Positions 41,301-53,800 of a stretch of 64,000 nt of DNA are shown here, one piece after another (position 1 is the stretch's first letter; every line of letters begins with the position of its first letter). The DNA comes from Ptychomitrium polyphyllum (taxonomy: Eukaryota). The DNA is taken from positions 6,324,001 through 6,388,000 of the forward strand of contig OZ316775.1 of the NCBI GenBank assembly GCA_973851085.1. The letters run 5' to 3'. The notes beneath the pieces were generated by a model, which was not told the origin of the DNA, did no database searches, and saw only the letters and a list, made by a program, of their open reading frames with translations. Both the position numbers and the translations under genes were made by a program.

Positions 41301-43225
41301 GTACATCTGTACATGTACTATGAGTATTCATAGAGAATTGTGTAAAGGCTGTATTTTATAGCCAAGGAAATACATTGGATACAGAGAATATGTCAAGTTT
41401 TAATTATTAGTTGCAACTCAACTAAATCTTTATGAATGTTGACAATAAACATGGTTGATAATGTTCTTCATCATGCAACATAATAATGGTGTGCTTGCAC
41501 AGTCCGGCTAGTACAGGATCAATTTACAAAAAGAAAGTGGTTCACCATTACATACATATAAGAGACCATGTGAATGATCTGGTATTTTATTGTACATCAT
41601 AAATTTTGTGAGAAACTGTAGACTAAAAACTTTTATTTTACGCGTGTCTATCCGTATATGTACTTGGAAGTCTGACCATGTTGACTAATTCACACATCAT
41701 TGTAGGTTAGTTGTAAAGAGTGAACAATTTGGTATGCAAATGTCAAATGACTTTGCCAACACAACAACTGAGTGATGATATCTAATATTGGTCCCAAACT
41801 CCAACAATGATCTTTCTTGTTGTAACTTTGGAGCGTATCTGTAGCAGTGTACACTTTTGTAATTGAATCTAATCTCACCTATGCTAAGCTCATGGAAAAG
41901 ACTTGTTTTGAGAAAAAGAGAAGAAAACATTACATGAAGTGAGAGATTTGAATGAATGAATCAGTAAGTGATTCATAATTTAAACATGTTTCAAAGTGTG
42001 TTCTAATGAACTAGTGAAGAGCCTTTGCAATATCAAGATGTTGGGGAGCCTCAAACTTTGGACCTCCCAAAATTAGCCAACTCCCCTAACCACTAACCAC
42101 TCCTCTAGAAACACAAGATGAGAAAATCTAGACTCCACAAAAAAAAATCTTGGATTCTAAAATTGCTTGAAGAACAAAAGAACTCAAACAACATCAGTAT
42201 TTTCCCACATTCTTTGAAGTCGTTATTAACGCATTTCTTACAGATTTTTAATTTCAAAATTTCCATATTTAAAAGATTATTCACTCTCATATCCAATACC
42301 AATAAAAGCTAAGAAATACTAATTTCTGCCATTAATGATCCATCTATCAACTTTTCAAGTTTTTAAATGGCTTTACGAAAGCTAATTAAGAAGGGTTATT
42401 ATTCTTCAAATTTTCATACTCCTTAAATTTGGATGACAAGGTGGAACTGAATCTAAAATTTTGAAACAAAACAATAGCCGATTTCATTTGACTCAATTTG
42501 AAGAAAAACAGCGCAATGCAGTAAAAACTAATAAATTTCTGGAGGGTCAAATGCTTATTGAATTTGTGTGAACCTCTCTAAATTGATTAGATTTACGCAC
42601 CAACATTGTAGTGGATCTTGGTGAAGAATCTTGGTGAATATACAGCAGAAGTGGAAAGACCAGCAGCACATAATGGTTGCAAAGCGTGACTGCCTTGCCT
42701 TACGCCCGTTTACAATTAGTTGTACCAAAGCAACCTTCAGCTGAAGACCTAACCCACCACACACAGCTCATCGTTGAACTAGAAACCACCCAGGTTCCAT
42801 ACTTGAAAGTAAGCTCGAATGCCAAAATACTTGAAAGTAAGCTCTTGGTAGAAGACAACTCAATGCCAAAATGTATCTGAAAATTGAAAATACATCTACG
42901 GAGTACAAATACTAGAGCCTGCCCTTTGAGGCTTTAAGAAGGGATACTGATCCAACGAGAAATTCTGTCTGCGAAGAACTCCGTCCCAATGAAATACAGA
43001 TCGATAGAGCTCTGCACATCATTGTGATATGCCAAAATCTGCTAGCCTGCAGGAAGTTTAAGGACCAAAAGCTTGTAAACCACCACCTTTCGAATTTACA
43101 CAGCTACTAAGCACAAATGCTTGTCGTCAATCAGATCAACTGGCCACTTCAGGACTTCCTCTCATAATAGCTCGCTACAAGCCAGAAGAAAAAGGAAAAT
43201 TCGAGGTCTACCTAATCAGTACCAT

Positions 43226-44683
43226 TCACCCATATATAGCTTGTGACAGCACCTTCACTTCCTTCACTACCTCACCAAGACTCGATGCAAACTTCGCAGT
43301 TTCCTCTTCACTGACTCCACCTTTCGGAGGAGCTGGTAGTACCAGCAAACAGCTAGTAGGTCTCTTTGTCGAACCTGCTCCACCTAAATCCTGGAGAAAG
43401 AACCCATTCGTGAATTAGAACCCAAGCAGAATGCCAACTGATAGACGATTTGACAACACATGAAGGAAGGAAATTTGAGTTACCAGATTGCACACAACAG
43501 GAAGTACATGACTATCATTTTATGCCTGAAAAGCCAAAATTCAGACAAATCACGAACTGAATAAAGGATGATGAGGCTCCATATTGTAAAACATAACACC
43601 AAATTACAGAAAACAAAAAGAAAGGATGCAATGATGGAAGCACGGACCTCTTTCGAGGGTACATAAATGTAAGGTATGTTGGCATCCTCACACAGAATGG
43701 GCACGTGCGTTATCACATCAATTGGTGAAATATCTCCGGCTATAATAACCAGCCTGCACGACGCTCTTCAGGTTAAAGCAGGCAAAAACTCAATGTCCTG
43801 AAATACTGGTTTAATATAGACTAAAGAGAACCGGTGAAACATATTATCTCATGCAATGCTAGTAATAAGATTGAGAAAATTTCATCAAAACACAGCAGAT
43901 CAGATATGTTCGCTGCGGTTATACCCCGTAATGCAGAAGGAAGTGGAGTATGTCAGACTGTTTATGTTGATTTTAATAGCTCAATATGGCTAGGATCAAA
44001 ACCGCAACAAAGTATCATCACATCCCGCTCAGAACAAACGCTTCAAATCGGTTACGAACGTACCGGAAGATATGTCATTCAGCAGGAAAAAATCGCATCT
44101 CAAAACCAATTCATAACAAGAGAAGGACCGAATGAAAAGATACTCACCCACTTTGTCCCTTTCTGATTGCCTTCACGACCTCCTTGACTCCCCTTTTCAA
44201 CTGTTTTAATGAAGCAGCTGCAGCAATTCAGAAAAAAACCCAGTCCAGTCGAGATCATCTTAGTGCGCAATGCAGAAATGATGAAGCGAAGGATTCGCTA
44301 CTTTCAGTATCAATCTCTGTCCCTCGCTCGGAAGATACCCGCGTGAGCCAAGCAAGCAAAAACATCCACGTACCTAGACGATGCCCACTAAACCCCAAAC
44401 CCTAAAAATAACTTGTACAAAACTAGAGTACATCTCTGACAGACGCCATACACAAATAAAGGAAAAGAAACACTTTGTGTGGAATGGAGACTCCAGAGTA
44501 GAACCAAATGCGCAGGAAGGAGTAACAAAACTAAAAGAGGGATTCGGTACCTTTCTTGACGACCTTGAGAGTTTTCTTTGTGAGCTTCTTGCCGGCCAGA
44601 GGCTTGGCTATAGGCGAGACGGCGAGGCGCTTGCGGCGGTCCTTGTCCTTGTCATGCCGATCTTCTTCCCCATCGCTGGCCAT
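43226..44683 (-). CDS. NHP2: H/ACA ribonucleoprotein subunit 2 (L7Ae family), 157 aa; exons 44683-44551, 44217-44148, 43753-43648, 43390-43226
   Basis: PIAKPLAGKKLTKK...LKRGVKEVVKAIRKG...[49 protein letters not shown]. Frame is kept across GT-AG introns. Confidence 0.95.
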
Positions 44684-44835
44684 GGTAAAGCGAGAAAACG
44701 CAGGGGAAGCACAGAGCCTGCGAGGATTAGGTCAAGAGTGGGACCACACAGCCAGCGTGCGCAAGAGAATGAGAGCGACAGAGGTGAGAGTGGTGCCACC
44801 GCTTCCCCTCCCTGCACCCCTCGCTCCCTAGTGCT

Positions 44836-44906
44836 GCTAAACCCTAACCCCCTCGCTTCTGCTGCCAGCCTGCGTGCCTGCCTGCCTAAATCTAGGGTTG
44901 GGCCGC
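44836..44906. promoter_or_regulatory. Telo-box and site II motif upstream of NHP2
   Basis: AAACCCTAA at 44838-44846 and TAGGGTTGGGCC at ~44893-44904. This pairing is typical of plant ribosome-biogenesis promoters. Confidence 0.6.
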
Positions 44907-44923
44907 ACCTCCCCCCTTGCGCC

Positions 44924-45020
44924 TCCAAACCGCAACCCCGATCCCAACCCCATCTCCGATCCCAACCCCAACCCGGTTCCAATCCCGAACCTGATCCTAG
45001 ACCTAATTCCAGACCTAAGG
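44924..45020. repeat. Degenerate 6-bp periodic C-rich repeat (CCNAAC/CCNGAT-like)
   Basis: CCAAACCGCAACCCCGATCCCAACCCCATCTCCGATCCCAACCCCAACCCGGTTCCAATCCCGAACCTGATCCTAGACCTAATTCCAGACCTAAG. Confidence 0.65.
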
Positions 45021-45022
45021 GA

Positions 45023-45264
45023 TGCATACCGAAGAGACCGTCACGGCACTGAAAACCGTTATAGTGTCACGAGGACTTACAATTCGTTCATCTAATCTAG
45101 AATACCCTCGATATAAGTCGATATTACTATATCGGCAGTCGGCAATATCTACGCGCTTTGTATACTTCATGAGCTACAGGGATTGAGAGCAGATATCAGT
45201 GGTAGATAATGTCAGTTTTAGGAGCTGTGGCGGTTTTGAGTACCGAGACGGTGTTTGGTGTACA
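45023..45264. mobile_element. Diverged MITE-like inverted-repeat element (~240 bp)
   Basis: TGCATACCGAAGAGACCGTCACGGCACTGAAAACCGTTATAG is an imperfect reverse complement of CTGTGGCGGTTTTGAGTACCGAGACGGTGTTTGGTGTACA. Confidence 0.55.
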
Positions 45265-47838
45265 GGGAAGGTCCGTCACTGTAAAAACATAGAGGAAAGT
45301 GAACGTCTTTTCAGACATTCAATGAGGTTGTGTATTATTTTCAGGTATTCGGTCTTATGGTAGTGCAATTAACTTCATGTTTCTCGTCGCTATGCACTTT
45401 GTGCGGTGTATTCATTGCAAGATTGATTCTAGAGAACAGGTGAAAATTTAACCAGATTGGCAATCCCTTTGCACTATGGACACACTTGTCAATGATGCTG
45501 CCATCCGGGTGGCGACCGCTGTTGTTGAAGTGACATGAATGGTATGGGATAGGTTGTATTGAAGTTGTTCAAATTATTCAATTATTCAAACGACATAAAT
45601 GTTCCAAGTTAGATTAGCGTAATGTAAATATTCCAAATAAAGCAATATATAGATATTTGTATAGTTTGTATTAAATAAAAGTGTTTTTAAATACAAAGGT
45701 CTTTCAAACCTAAAGCATTAGAGTTATTGTGAATTTGGTCATTTTCTTAAAATGTGTATATATGTGTACAATATTAAATAACGTAGATGCCAAAAATCCT
45801 TAGAAAATACCTTAAAAATACCTAGTCTAGGTTTAAAAGTCAAATCTACAATTTGGCCAAAATACATAATAATCATATATGTGAGAAAAAGAAGAAAATG
45901 CCTTCTATTCCATAATCCATGTACAATACTACTTCTTTATTAATGGGCCGTAAGTGCCCTATGGTACCTCCATTCATTCTACTTTGACTTTGTTTGATCC
46001 AACTGCGTATTCAATAATCATTAATTTGGAGAAGAAAATAAAATACCAAACAATAAACTAAATGTAAAAAAATAACCTTCAATTTTTGTATATTATTTTT
46101 TATTTTATTTTTTTCCTTCCTTTAGCTTTAAGCCATAATATTTGGCAGTCAATTCTAACCACTACCATGATCTACCACATGAATCTTTATAAAATAAAAT
46201 ATATTTATCATATAATTCATTTATAAAATTTTAATAGAAGGATGAAAAATTCATCCAAAGGTATTTGGCAGATTGAACCAATTGAAAATCTAATCAATAC
46301 AAATGTATCTAAATAACACATTTTGAAACCTTAATGCTTGAAAATTTCAAAAACAAAGATGAAAAGATCTTGAAATGTTATGCAATATATAAATATGCCT
46401 TCAAAAAATTAAAGCTTCAAATGATTTTTAAAAAGTTCTTACATTTAGCTATTTATCATCATATTTGTGAGGATTAAAGACATGAAAATTTGTCAAAAAA
46501 CAACATAACAATTCAAAAAAATTTCACAAAGTGTCCACTAAAATAAAAAACTAGTTAATAATGTTTTAATTGAAAAATGTTTTTAATATGAATTCTACGG
46601 CTTATTGAATGTAAGCATATTTTAGGTCAAAATTACCTTTGTTGCTATAGGCTTAAACTACTATGAATGGAAATAGAACTTTTAATTTTGATAACCAATC
46701 ATATAGTTTTGAAGGCTCATACACCTTTTATCTTTTTCAAAATTATTAAATTAAATTTCATGGAAAAATGACCATATTTTAATCTTCAAAATATTATGTT
46801 TGGACACACAAAATCTTTTAAGGGGAAGTATACCTTGCCAAGAATTTACATAGATTTGAATGAACAATTTGAATTTGCCTTATACTGATAGCTTTTCAAT
46901 AACCAATAATATACATTAAAAAGAATGACAATGTTGAAAAATTTATGACAAGAATTCATAAAAAATTCATGAAAAATTCAAAACTTGAGATTTTTTTGAT
47001 TTTAAGTTTCTTTTATAATTGGAAACTTAGAACAATTTGTTGCAAGTGAAGTGAAGTCAACATGTGTAGGTATGCTCAAATGCTTCAAGTGGTGGTTGTA
47101 GGTGCTCCTACCTTATACATGAATGTCGTCTAAGGACTTTGTTTGATTAGTTGTTCCGGATCCAATTCTTCCAAAGTTTGTGTGTGAGGTGTGCATAAAT
47201 CTGAACTTCAAAGTTAAAAACCCAATTCGTTACAGATTCGAAGCAAACCAAGTTCGCAAGCACCCAAGTACCACCTGGTGGTCAGCTGGATTGTAAAGGG
47301 TTAATGTTATGATCAGCTAGGTTAGCAGGCTATGGGGGACAGAATCTCCAAGTTTCTAAAATGCAGTGGTAGGGTCCAGATAAAACTTTCGTGAAGGGCA
47401 TGCTCCAAGGACACGTCTCTGTAGTTGAGCTCCTGAGGATTGAGGTCGTGTGTGTTTTCATTTTACAGAACCCTTGGAATGTTAGGGTTTAGATTTTACA
47501 GATGTCTTTCAAAATTGTACATTTGTGTGAGCCAGGTCCATCAGGGATATGAGTAAACTATAAGCGAACAATATGTATCTAAGCAATAGTGGGGTCTCCT
47601 GTAGAACCCTCAACTAGCCACACTATAGAGATGGGATCGGGCTTGACGAAGATAGCCTCAGAACTTTCACAAAACCTTAACGTAAGCTACCAAGATCCAA
47701 CTTTTGAGTTGTCAGGGATACAACCCAAGAGCACCCAGTTCTGATTTCCTATTAGAACTTGGACTATCTGTGGCACTCCAGAAGACGGGGGTATATGTTC
47801 AATAAATTTCTGCAGGTTTGGTTGTTTGTGACTAAAAG

Positions 47839-50800
47839 CTAAGGCCTGTATACTGAGCCACCAGCTGGTAAAGACGGAGGAGGGAGTGTTCCAGGAGCAC
47901 GCCAGCTTGCTCCTCCTTCGTCGTTTTCGTCGTATCCATTTCGGCGTAAGCGTAGTTGAGGTGATGCAGCTCGCATGGGAGACTCTCGCCTCCTGGGAGA
48001 AGACCCTCGGAGACTGGACGCTGATCGCTGCGATGCGTGAGCAGAGGACGAGGAACGTAAGTCACTGTCAGCCTCTTCAAACGCCACTCGCCAGTCTTCT
48101 GATTCATAACTTGTGGATGTTCCTGGATTACAAAAGGCCACCAGTCTGATCAGCTTCTAAGTTACTATCACAAGCTAAAAGTGTACTTCTGTAAGGAAAT
48201 GTAGAATGAAAATTGAATTAAAGAAACATTAATGAGTAGAAAAATGAGATAATTCACTATTTTTAGTATGCAGAAGATCATTGCAGTGTCGGCGTAATTA
48301 TTCACGCTAAAACGATCATGCCAACGAACTCAGGGAAAGTGAAATTCACTTAGTCCCAACTCCTGCGTGAGATAATGAGTGCAATACCTAAACCAGGCAA
48401 GCTTCCCAAAAAAGTCGAGACTAAACATGTAATTGTACACTCGTGTTCATTCCAAGGCCATTACAAATCCCAAAAATATAAAATAATCTGAGTGAAATCT
48501 TGCCTGATTCTCCACTTTCACCAGTCGCTGAGGAAGCTCGAGCCTCATTCACACTGAGTTGCCGAGTAAGTCGACTCAACATTGAAGCTTGTCGTTTAAT
48601 CCTCTCACGACGACGCTTTACTTCAAAGTCCTCCTGCAGTAGATCTTGGATTCTCTCTGTTGGATGTGCACTGACCAGATCACAATTTCAGAAATATGAG
48701 AATAGTTCTGAAGTTCTCAATAGAAACCTCCATCTGCTGGAAAAGAGAAAGACTGCTAAACCGTCACCTTTCATAATTGAAGTAAGTCCAACTTGACCTC
48801 ATATATACCTGATCGAGCTATAGAGTTGGTTAAGCATTGCGTCTTTAGCTCTTTCCACTTGACAAAGAACCACTGCCTGTCAATACCAGGTTAATTGCCA
48901 TAATCATTTTACGAACATCCACAATGCACATAAGTCGAGGCAAAACCAGCCAATTCTTCTAAACGTCTAGAAGAGGAAAGAAATTTCAGGTGTGTGCTAA
49001 GTTTTCTATGTCCAGAATCACAATCTAAGGAAGATGAATGAAAATGCCATAACTCAAACATTTAACACGTGAATTCCAGAATTAAGATAAATTCATCAGG
49101 ACCATCTCAAGTAACTCACTTTCGGTACGTTGGCTGCAAGGCTGTTTAGTACTGCTTCAACATAGTCTCGAACTTCTTGAGCCATTAGCCTAAGATCCTC
49201 GTCTGGATCAGCAGGCCTTCTCAGGACAGTGCTCATGTCCTGCAACCAGCCAAACATAAAAATCCCTCTGAGTAACTTGTGCATTCGTAGATGGATTGCT
49301 GGCCACGAATTACGGTACAAAGCAAATAATCAACATTAGCGTTGTTTCGGAATTGCTTCATTAACAGCAAAAGAGACGATTTCAAACTACAGAAGCACAA
49401 CAAAAGTATCCACGATGAGTCCTTTGTTTCTGGTTTGGTATTTGTGAAGGAGAAAGTTTACCCCAGAAGGTTCAGGAGTGCTGCTAAATCGTTGACTAGA
49501 ATCAAACTCAGATTCTGCTGCTTTAATGCTAGGGCCTGAGGCGGCACCAATGCAGTATCTCAATTTTGCCATCCATTCAAGCTTCTCGGCCATATTTTCA
49601 GTCTTCAATACGACAGCGTGGTGTGCTGGAACACGAAACATGCTAGAATGTAAGAAAACATTACTCAGAAAAGATGAGCTCATGATTATGAAACAATGCC
49701 AACTATCCACAGTCTACAATAATTTAGAATAAAAAATTACCTTTGAAAACCGTCTTGTATGGCACTCTGTGACTGAGCTTAAACATCAGATTTGCCTCGC
49801 TGGTAACCTGGCCATTGGCTGACTTTTTGTCTTTAGAAGATTTCTTATCAGTTGCAGCTTGCTCATTCGCATCTGCGCCATCTTCAAGAAAGCATTCCTG
49901 CAAGACACAGGACCAAATAAGATAATTAATACTTACTGCATTTATACTTAATAATCACCAATGTTGCATATTTAAAAGACAAAACTAGGATGTACATGAA
50001 TTAGGAATCTCAATTTATCCTGCACTAAACAATTCTATAAGTATGGGAAATCAGTGTCATACATACTTATACTCAGTAAGGAAATAACCCCCCTTAGGAA
50101 GAGTGAAGTTTGTTCAAGGCTGTACATACCTCAAGGTTGATGATGCCTCGAAAGCTTCTCTCATCTGGCGTTTTGGTGTAAGCGAACTGCATCCCAAGAT
50201 TGAACCAAAAACGATCCTTGTCAAAAATATCTCATAGCACTTCAAATTTAAAACCTAACTTTATTCAGCATGCCAGTAATAGGATAGAAACTTGGCAGCT
50301 AAATCCTAGAATCAGATAATGACGATCTACGAAGATCCTGAACGAAAAACATTCAGGGCTAACATGCTGATGAATGCTGGGCTGCCTTGGCTTCATGTAT
50401 TAACAATCTTAAACATCAAAAAGGACAAGCATATACCAATAACAGCTGGCTTGCCCGAGTGGTCTAAGGGGGGCGACTTAAGATCGCCTATGCGTAGGCA
50501 TGCGTGGGTTCAAACCCCACAGCCAGCATTTCCGGTTCTTTTTCGTGTCTATGGTTATCTTATATTGACAGAATCATCAGTTCGATGTAAATGGAATATG
50601 ATGTTAAACCTTGTAAGTCTTCTCGTTAAGGACAAACCACCGTTTGCTCCAGGCATTGGTCTTTTCACTTTTCCTCGAAAGCCAACCTTTACAAGCAGGG
50701 CAACCCAGGAGCCAGGTTTTTTAAATGATTATGAGACGTGAAAGTAGACAGTTAGAACTTGTAGAAGTTTGCAGCACTTGTTACCTTTGAAGTGAAAATC

Positions 50801-53800
50801 TTTGCTATCAAAATATTTAATTAAAAAGTACAATATTTTCAACAGAACTTACAGTAATTAGAAATCGTATATCAGGATTACACACTACAAATAGCTTTGA
50901 CATCCAAAACTCAAGTACCTGCGGAATTATCACCAATAACCTTCAAGGATGAAGGAGCATCCTTGCTCTCTTGATCTGCTTGCTTCTTTTCCTTCAGAGT
51001 GCCCCCCTGTGAAGCAGTAACATTTGCCTGAGGTGTTGTTGCCTGTAATCCCAATAAATCCACCATTAAACAAGACTCTAAATCTTGCTACTATTAGTCT
51101 CGTAATGGCTAAACTTGATCCCTCTCTTGCCATCATGGCAATACGTTTGTTCAAGCTTAAGAATGAATATATAAAGAATTGGAATCTTAGCAGCAAAAAA
51201 CGACAACATTCCAGCAGCTACAACACAGTATTTTACCAACATTATAAACAAAACAATGTGCAGCTGGTTAAACATACTCTACTCAGCAAGGTTTGCTCTG
51301 CTTCCTGGCCCTTCTTCACATTCCTTCCTTTGGCTTCGTCTTCTCGCCGCAATCTATCCATCCTGAAATAGTGCCAAACTTTTATTTAGAATCTGCAGAT
51401 GTTTGAGGAACAAACTGGTGACTGGCAAAAGGCAAGACAGAAGGGATTAAAGGTTGGAGGATATATTTCCAATACCCAGATTCCTGGCTATTTGAATTGA
51501 GATTGTCGAACAGCAACTTCATACACAGGCAGGAAAGCATAGGCACAGAGCCAAACCCGGTAAAAAGTCGATATGTATCAGCACTATAACCCTACAGCAA
51601 TACTCGCGTTCCATCAAAAACGACTACTGAAATTAAGTACCCGTTACGAAACAAGAATGAAAGAGGAAATAATCACCTTCGGTGGACAAGTCTTATGAAG
51701 TGTTGAGGTGGTATAAATGCTCGCTCCATATCAACAAGAGCGATGACCATTTTCTTCGATTCGGAACGATACTCATCTAAAGCAGAGCTTGCAATGGCCA
51801 CCATCTGAATGAATGATCATAAACAAAAAAACTCAGAAACCATTCTTCGTATTCGGGTCCAGTAAAAAATAACGAACGACGAACCTGTACAACAACCCAA
51901 GAGTTCTGTACCTCGCGTTTCAAAGGTGGATATTTTCCCAAACCAGGTGTTGCATTTGCAGAAGCAGAAACAATGTCAACCAGGATACGATGTACCTAAA
52001 TTGCATGAATCCAAAACTTTTGAGGGTCAGAGAGAATGTATCCCGCAATGTACGCTAGTGATAATACTGTATGAGGCATGTGCAAAATCACGATCGTGAT
52101 ATTTTACGGTTTGGAGGAACTTTTTGAAAATAGAAGAATGATAAACCTCATCTACACAAGATTTGGCCGGATCCTTTGCCAATTCTAGTGATTTTCGAAT
52201 GAGTGCTCTAAGGCCTTTCTCAGGAGATAACAGGTAGGGTTGATAACCATCTGCTTCCAGAACGAGCTGAACCAAAACGAAGACATTGCACAAGCAGTGT
52301 TAACAGGTACAAAAGTACTGAGACATAAACAAATTGATAAATGCTGCATCCAAAATCTACAATAGACATCAGCCCGAGAAACGAAACATGAACAAGAGAT
52401 CCTTACCTTTTTGATGCTACTGAGTTCGAATAAATTGTCAAGTGGAATTTGTTTTATCCTCTTTGGAAGAACCCCTTCAAAACTTTGAACCACTTTCCAT
52501 CCTCCCCCCTGCAATATGTTCTAGGTCTATGAATCAACAAGCTGATATAGAATTCTTTTCCAAATGGTTCTTCAATAAAAACTCAATAATATATCCTATT
52601 GTTAGACAGACAGGAGACATCGAACCGTGTACACTGGAACCCAACAGCCTACAACCTCTGCTCGTGCAATGCAGCTATAACGTGGCTTATCAAACATCCT
52701 GCTGGTGTTGCAACAGTAGAAAAAACAACTCGATGCATCTTACAGGCAAGAAACCTAACAAAAGAAAGGCCCTAACATACAAGAGCACTACATACCTCTC
52801 CAGTCTGTATGTGCTGGAGAAACTTGTCTTCAAACTCCCTGCAAAGCTCTAAGGCTATTGCTCGAGTTCCCTCTGAAGTCTCCACTCTTAACTCTCCTAG
52901 TCTCACCAGTTCTTCTTCAACATGTTGTGACTTCCCGTGCAACCTGCACAGAAATTATCGCCAAAAATGTAAACACGGTTTTGTGAAATTCTAACAGAAT
53001 CACTGACCTGAATAATTATTAGCTGTAAAATGATTATTATCTTAGTATCACTGGAGTATTCTTAGTATCGTGCAGAGGACCTGAGATCACGCAGCTTGAC
53101 AATTCACGAGACAATTTTTTCTGTTGATCCTAGAATTGGCCAAGTTCACCAGCACAGTAAACATTTATCTTTTGACGTTCATCAACACAAAGAAAATTGA
53201 ACGCTGCAATAAAACGTGTCTGGACTAAGTTTCTAAATGTTCAGAGTACGCAGGTCCACAAGGTTGCTCTATGACTCACCCTGATAAAAGAGTTGGAAGA
53301 CGCTGCTTCAGCCTCTTCCGGATCTGCTTGGCGATAGTTTCAACAAGTGCTACTCTCCCGAGCTTTGTTGGTGCTGCCTGAGCCAAAAGAGACTTTAGAG
53401 AATCTGCTTCTGCCTTCCAGGCAGTTTCCAACGAGTCTTCAGACCCATGAGCTACAGCAATCGAAACCGATTGACCAATCATCGCAACCCATGGAATTTC
53501 CTGAGTGACAGCTGGACCATTTCCCGAAAGCAGAGCTGTTACTGCATCCAAACTCCTACGATCTGATGCTGCTTGATCCACTTTACTAATAACGCCAACA
53601 GTTCGGGAGGCTGAAGATTGTACACAAAACTGTCACGAGTCACGTCAATACTATCAAACATCTCCAAAACTTCTTCCGTAATTAACCATGTTCTGCTGTT
53701 TCTTATGAGATATTTTCCAGAATATGCAATTTGGGAGTCATTTTAAAGATCCGGTAACATGTACTAAGTAGCTGTGATGAAACTGGCCATAAATAAATCC

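Noticed and set aside
44381..45052. 223-aa plus-strand ORF and 139-aa minus-strand ORF 44608-45027
   Set aside because: Shadows of the GC-rich NHP2 exon 1, promoter and hexamer repeat; low complexity and no domain.
50319..50741. 140-aa plus-strand ORF
   Set aside because: Overlaps the tRNA gene and is antisense to a DRP2 exon; spurious.
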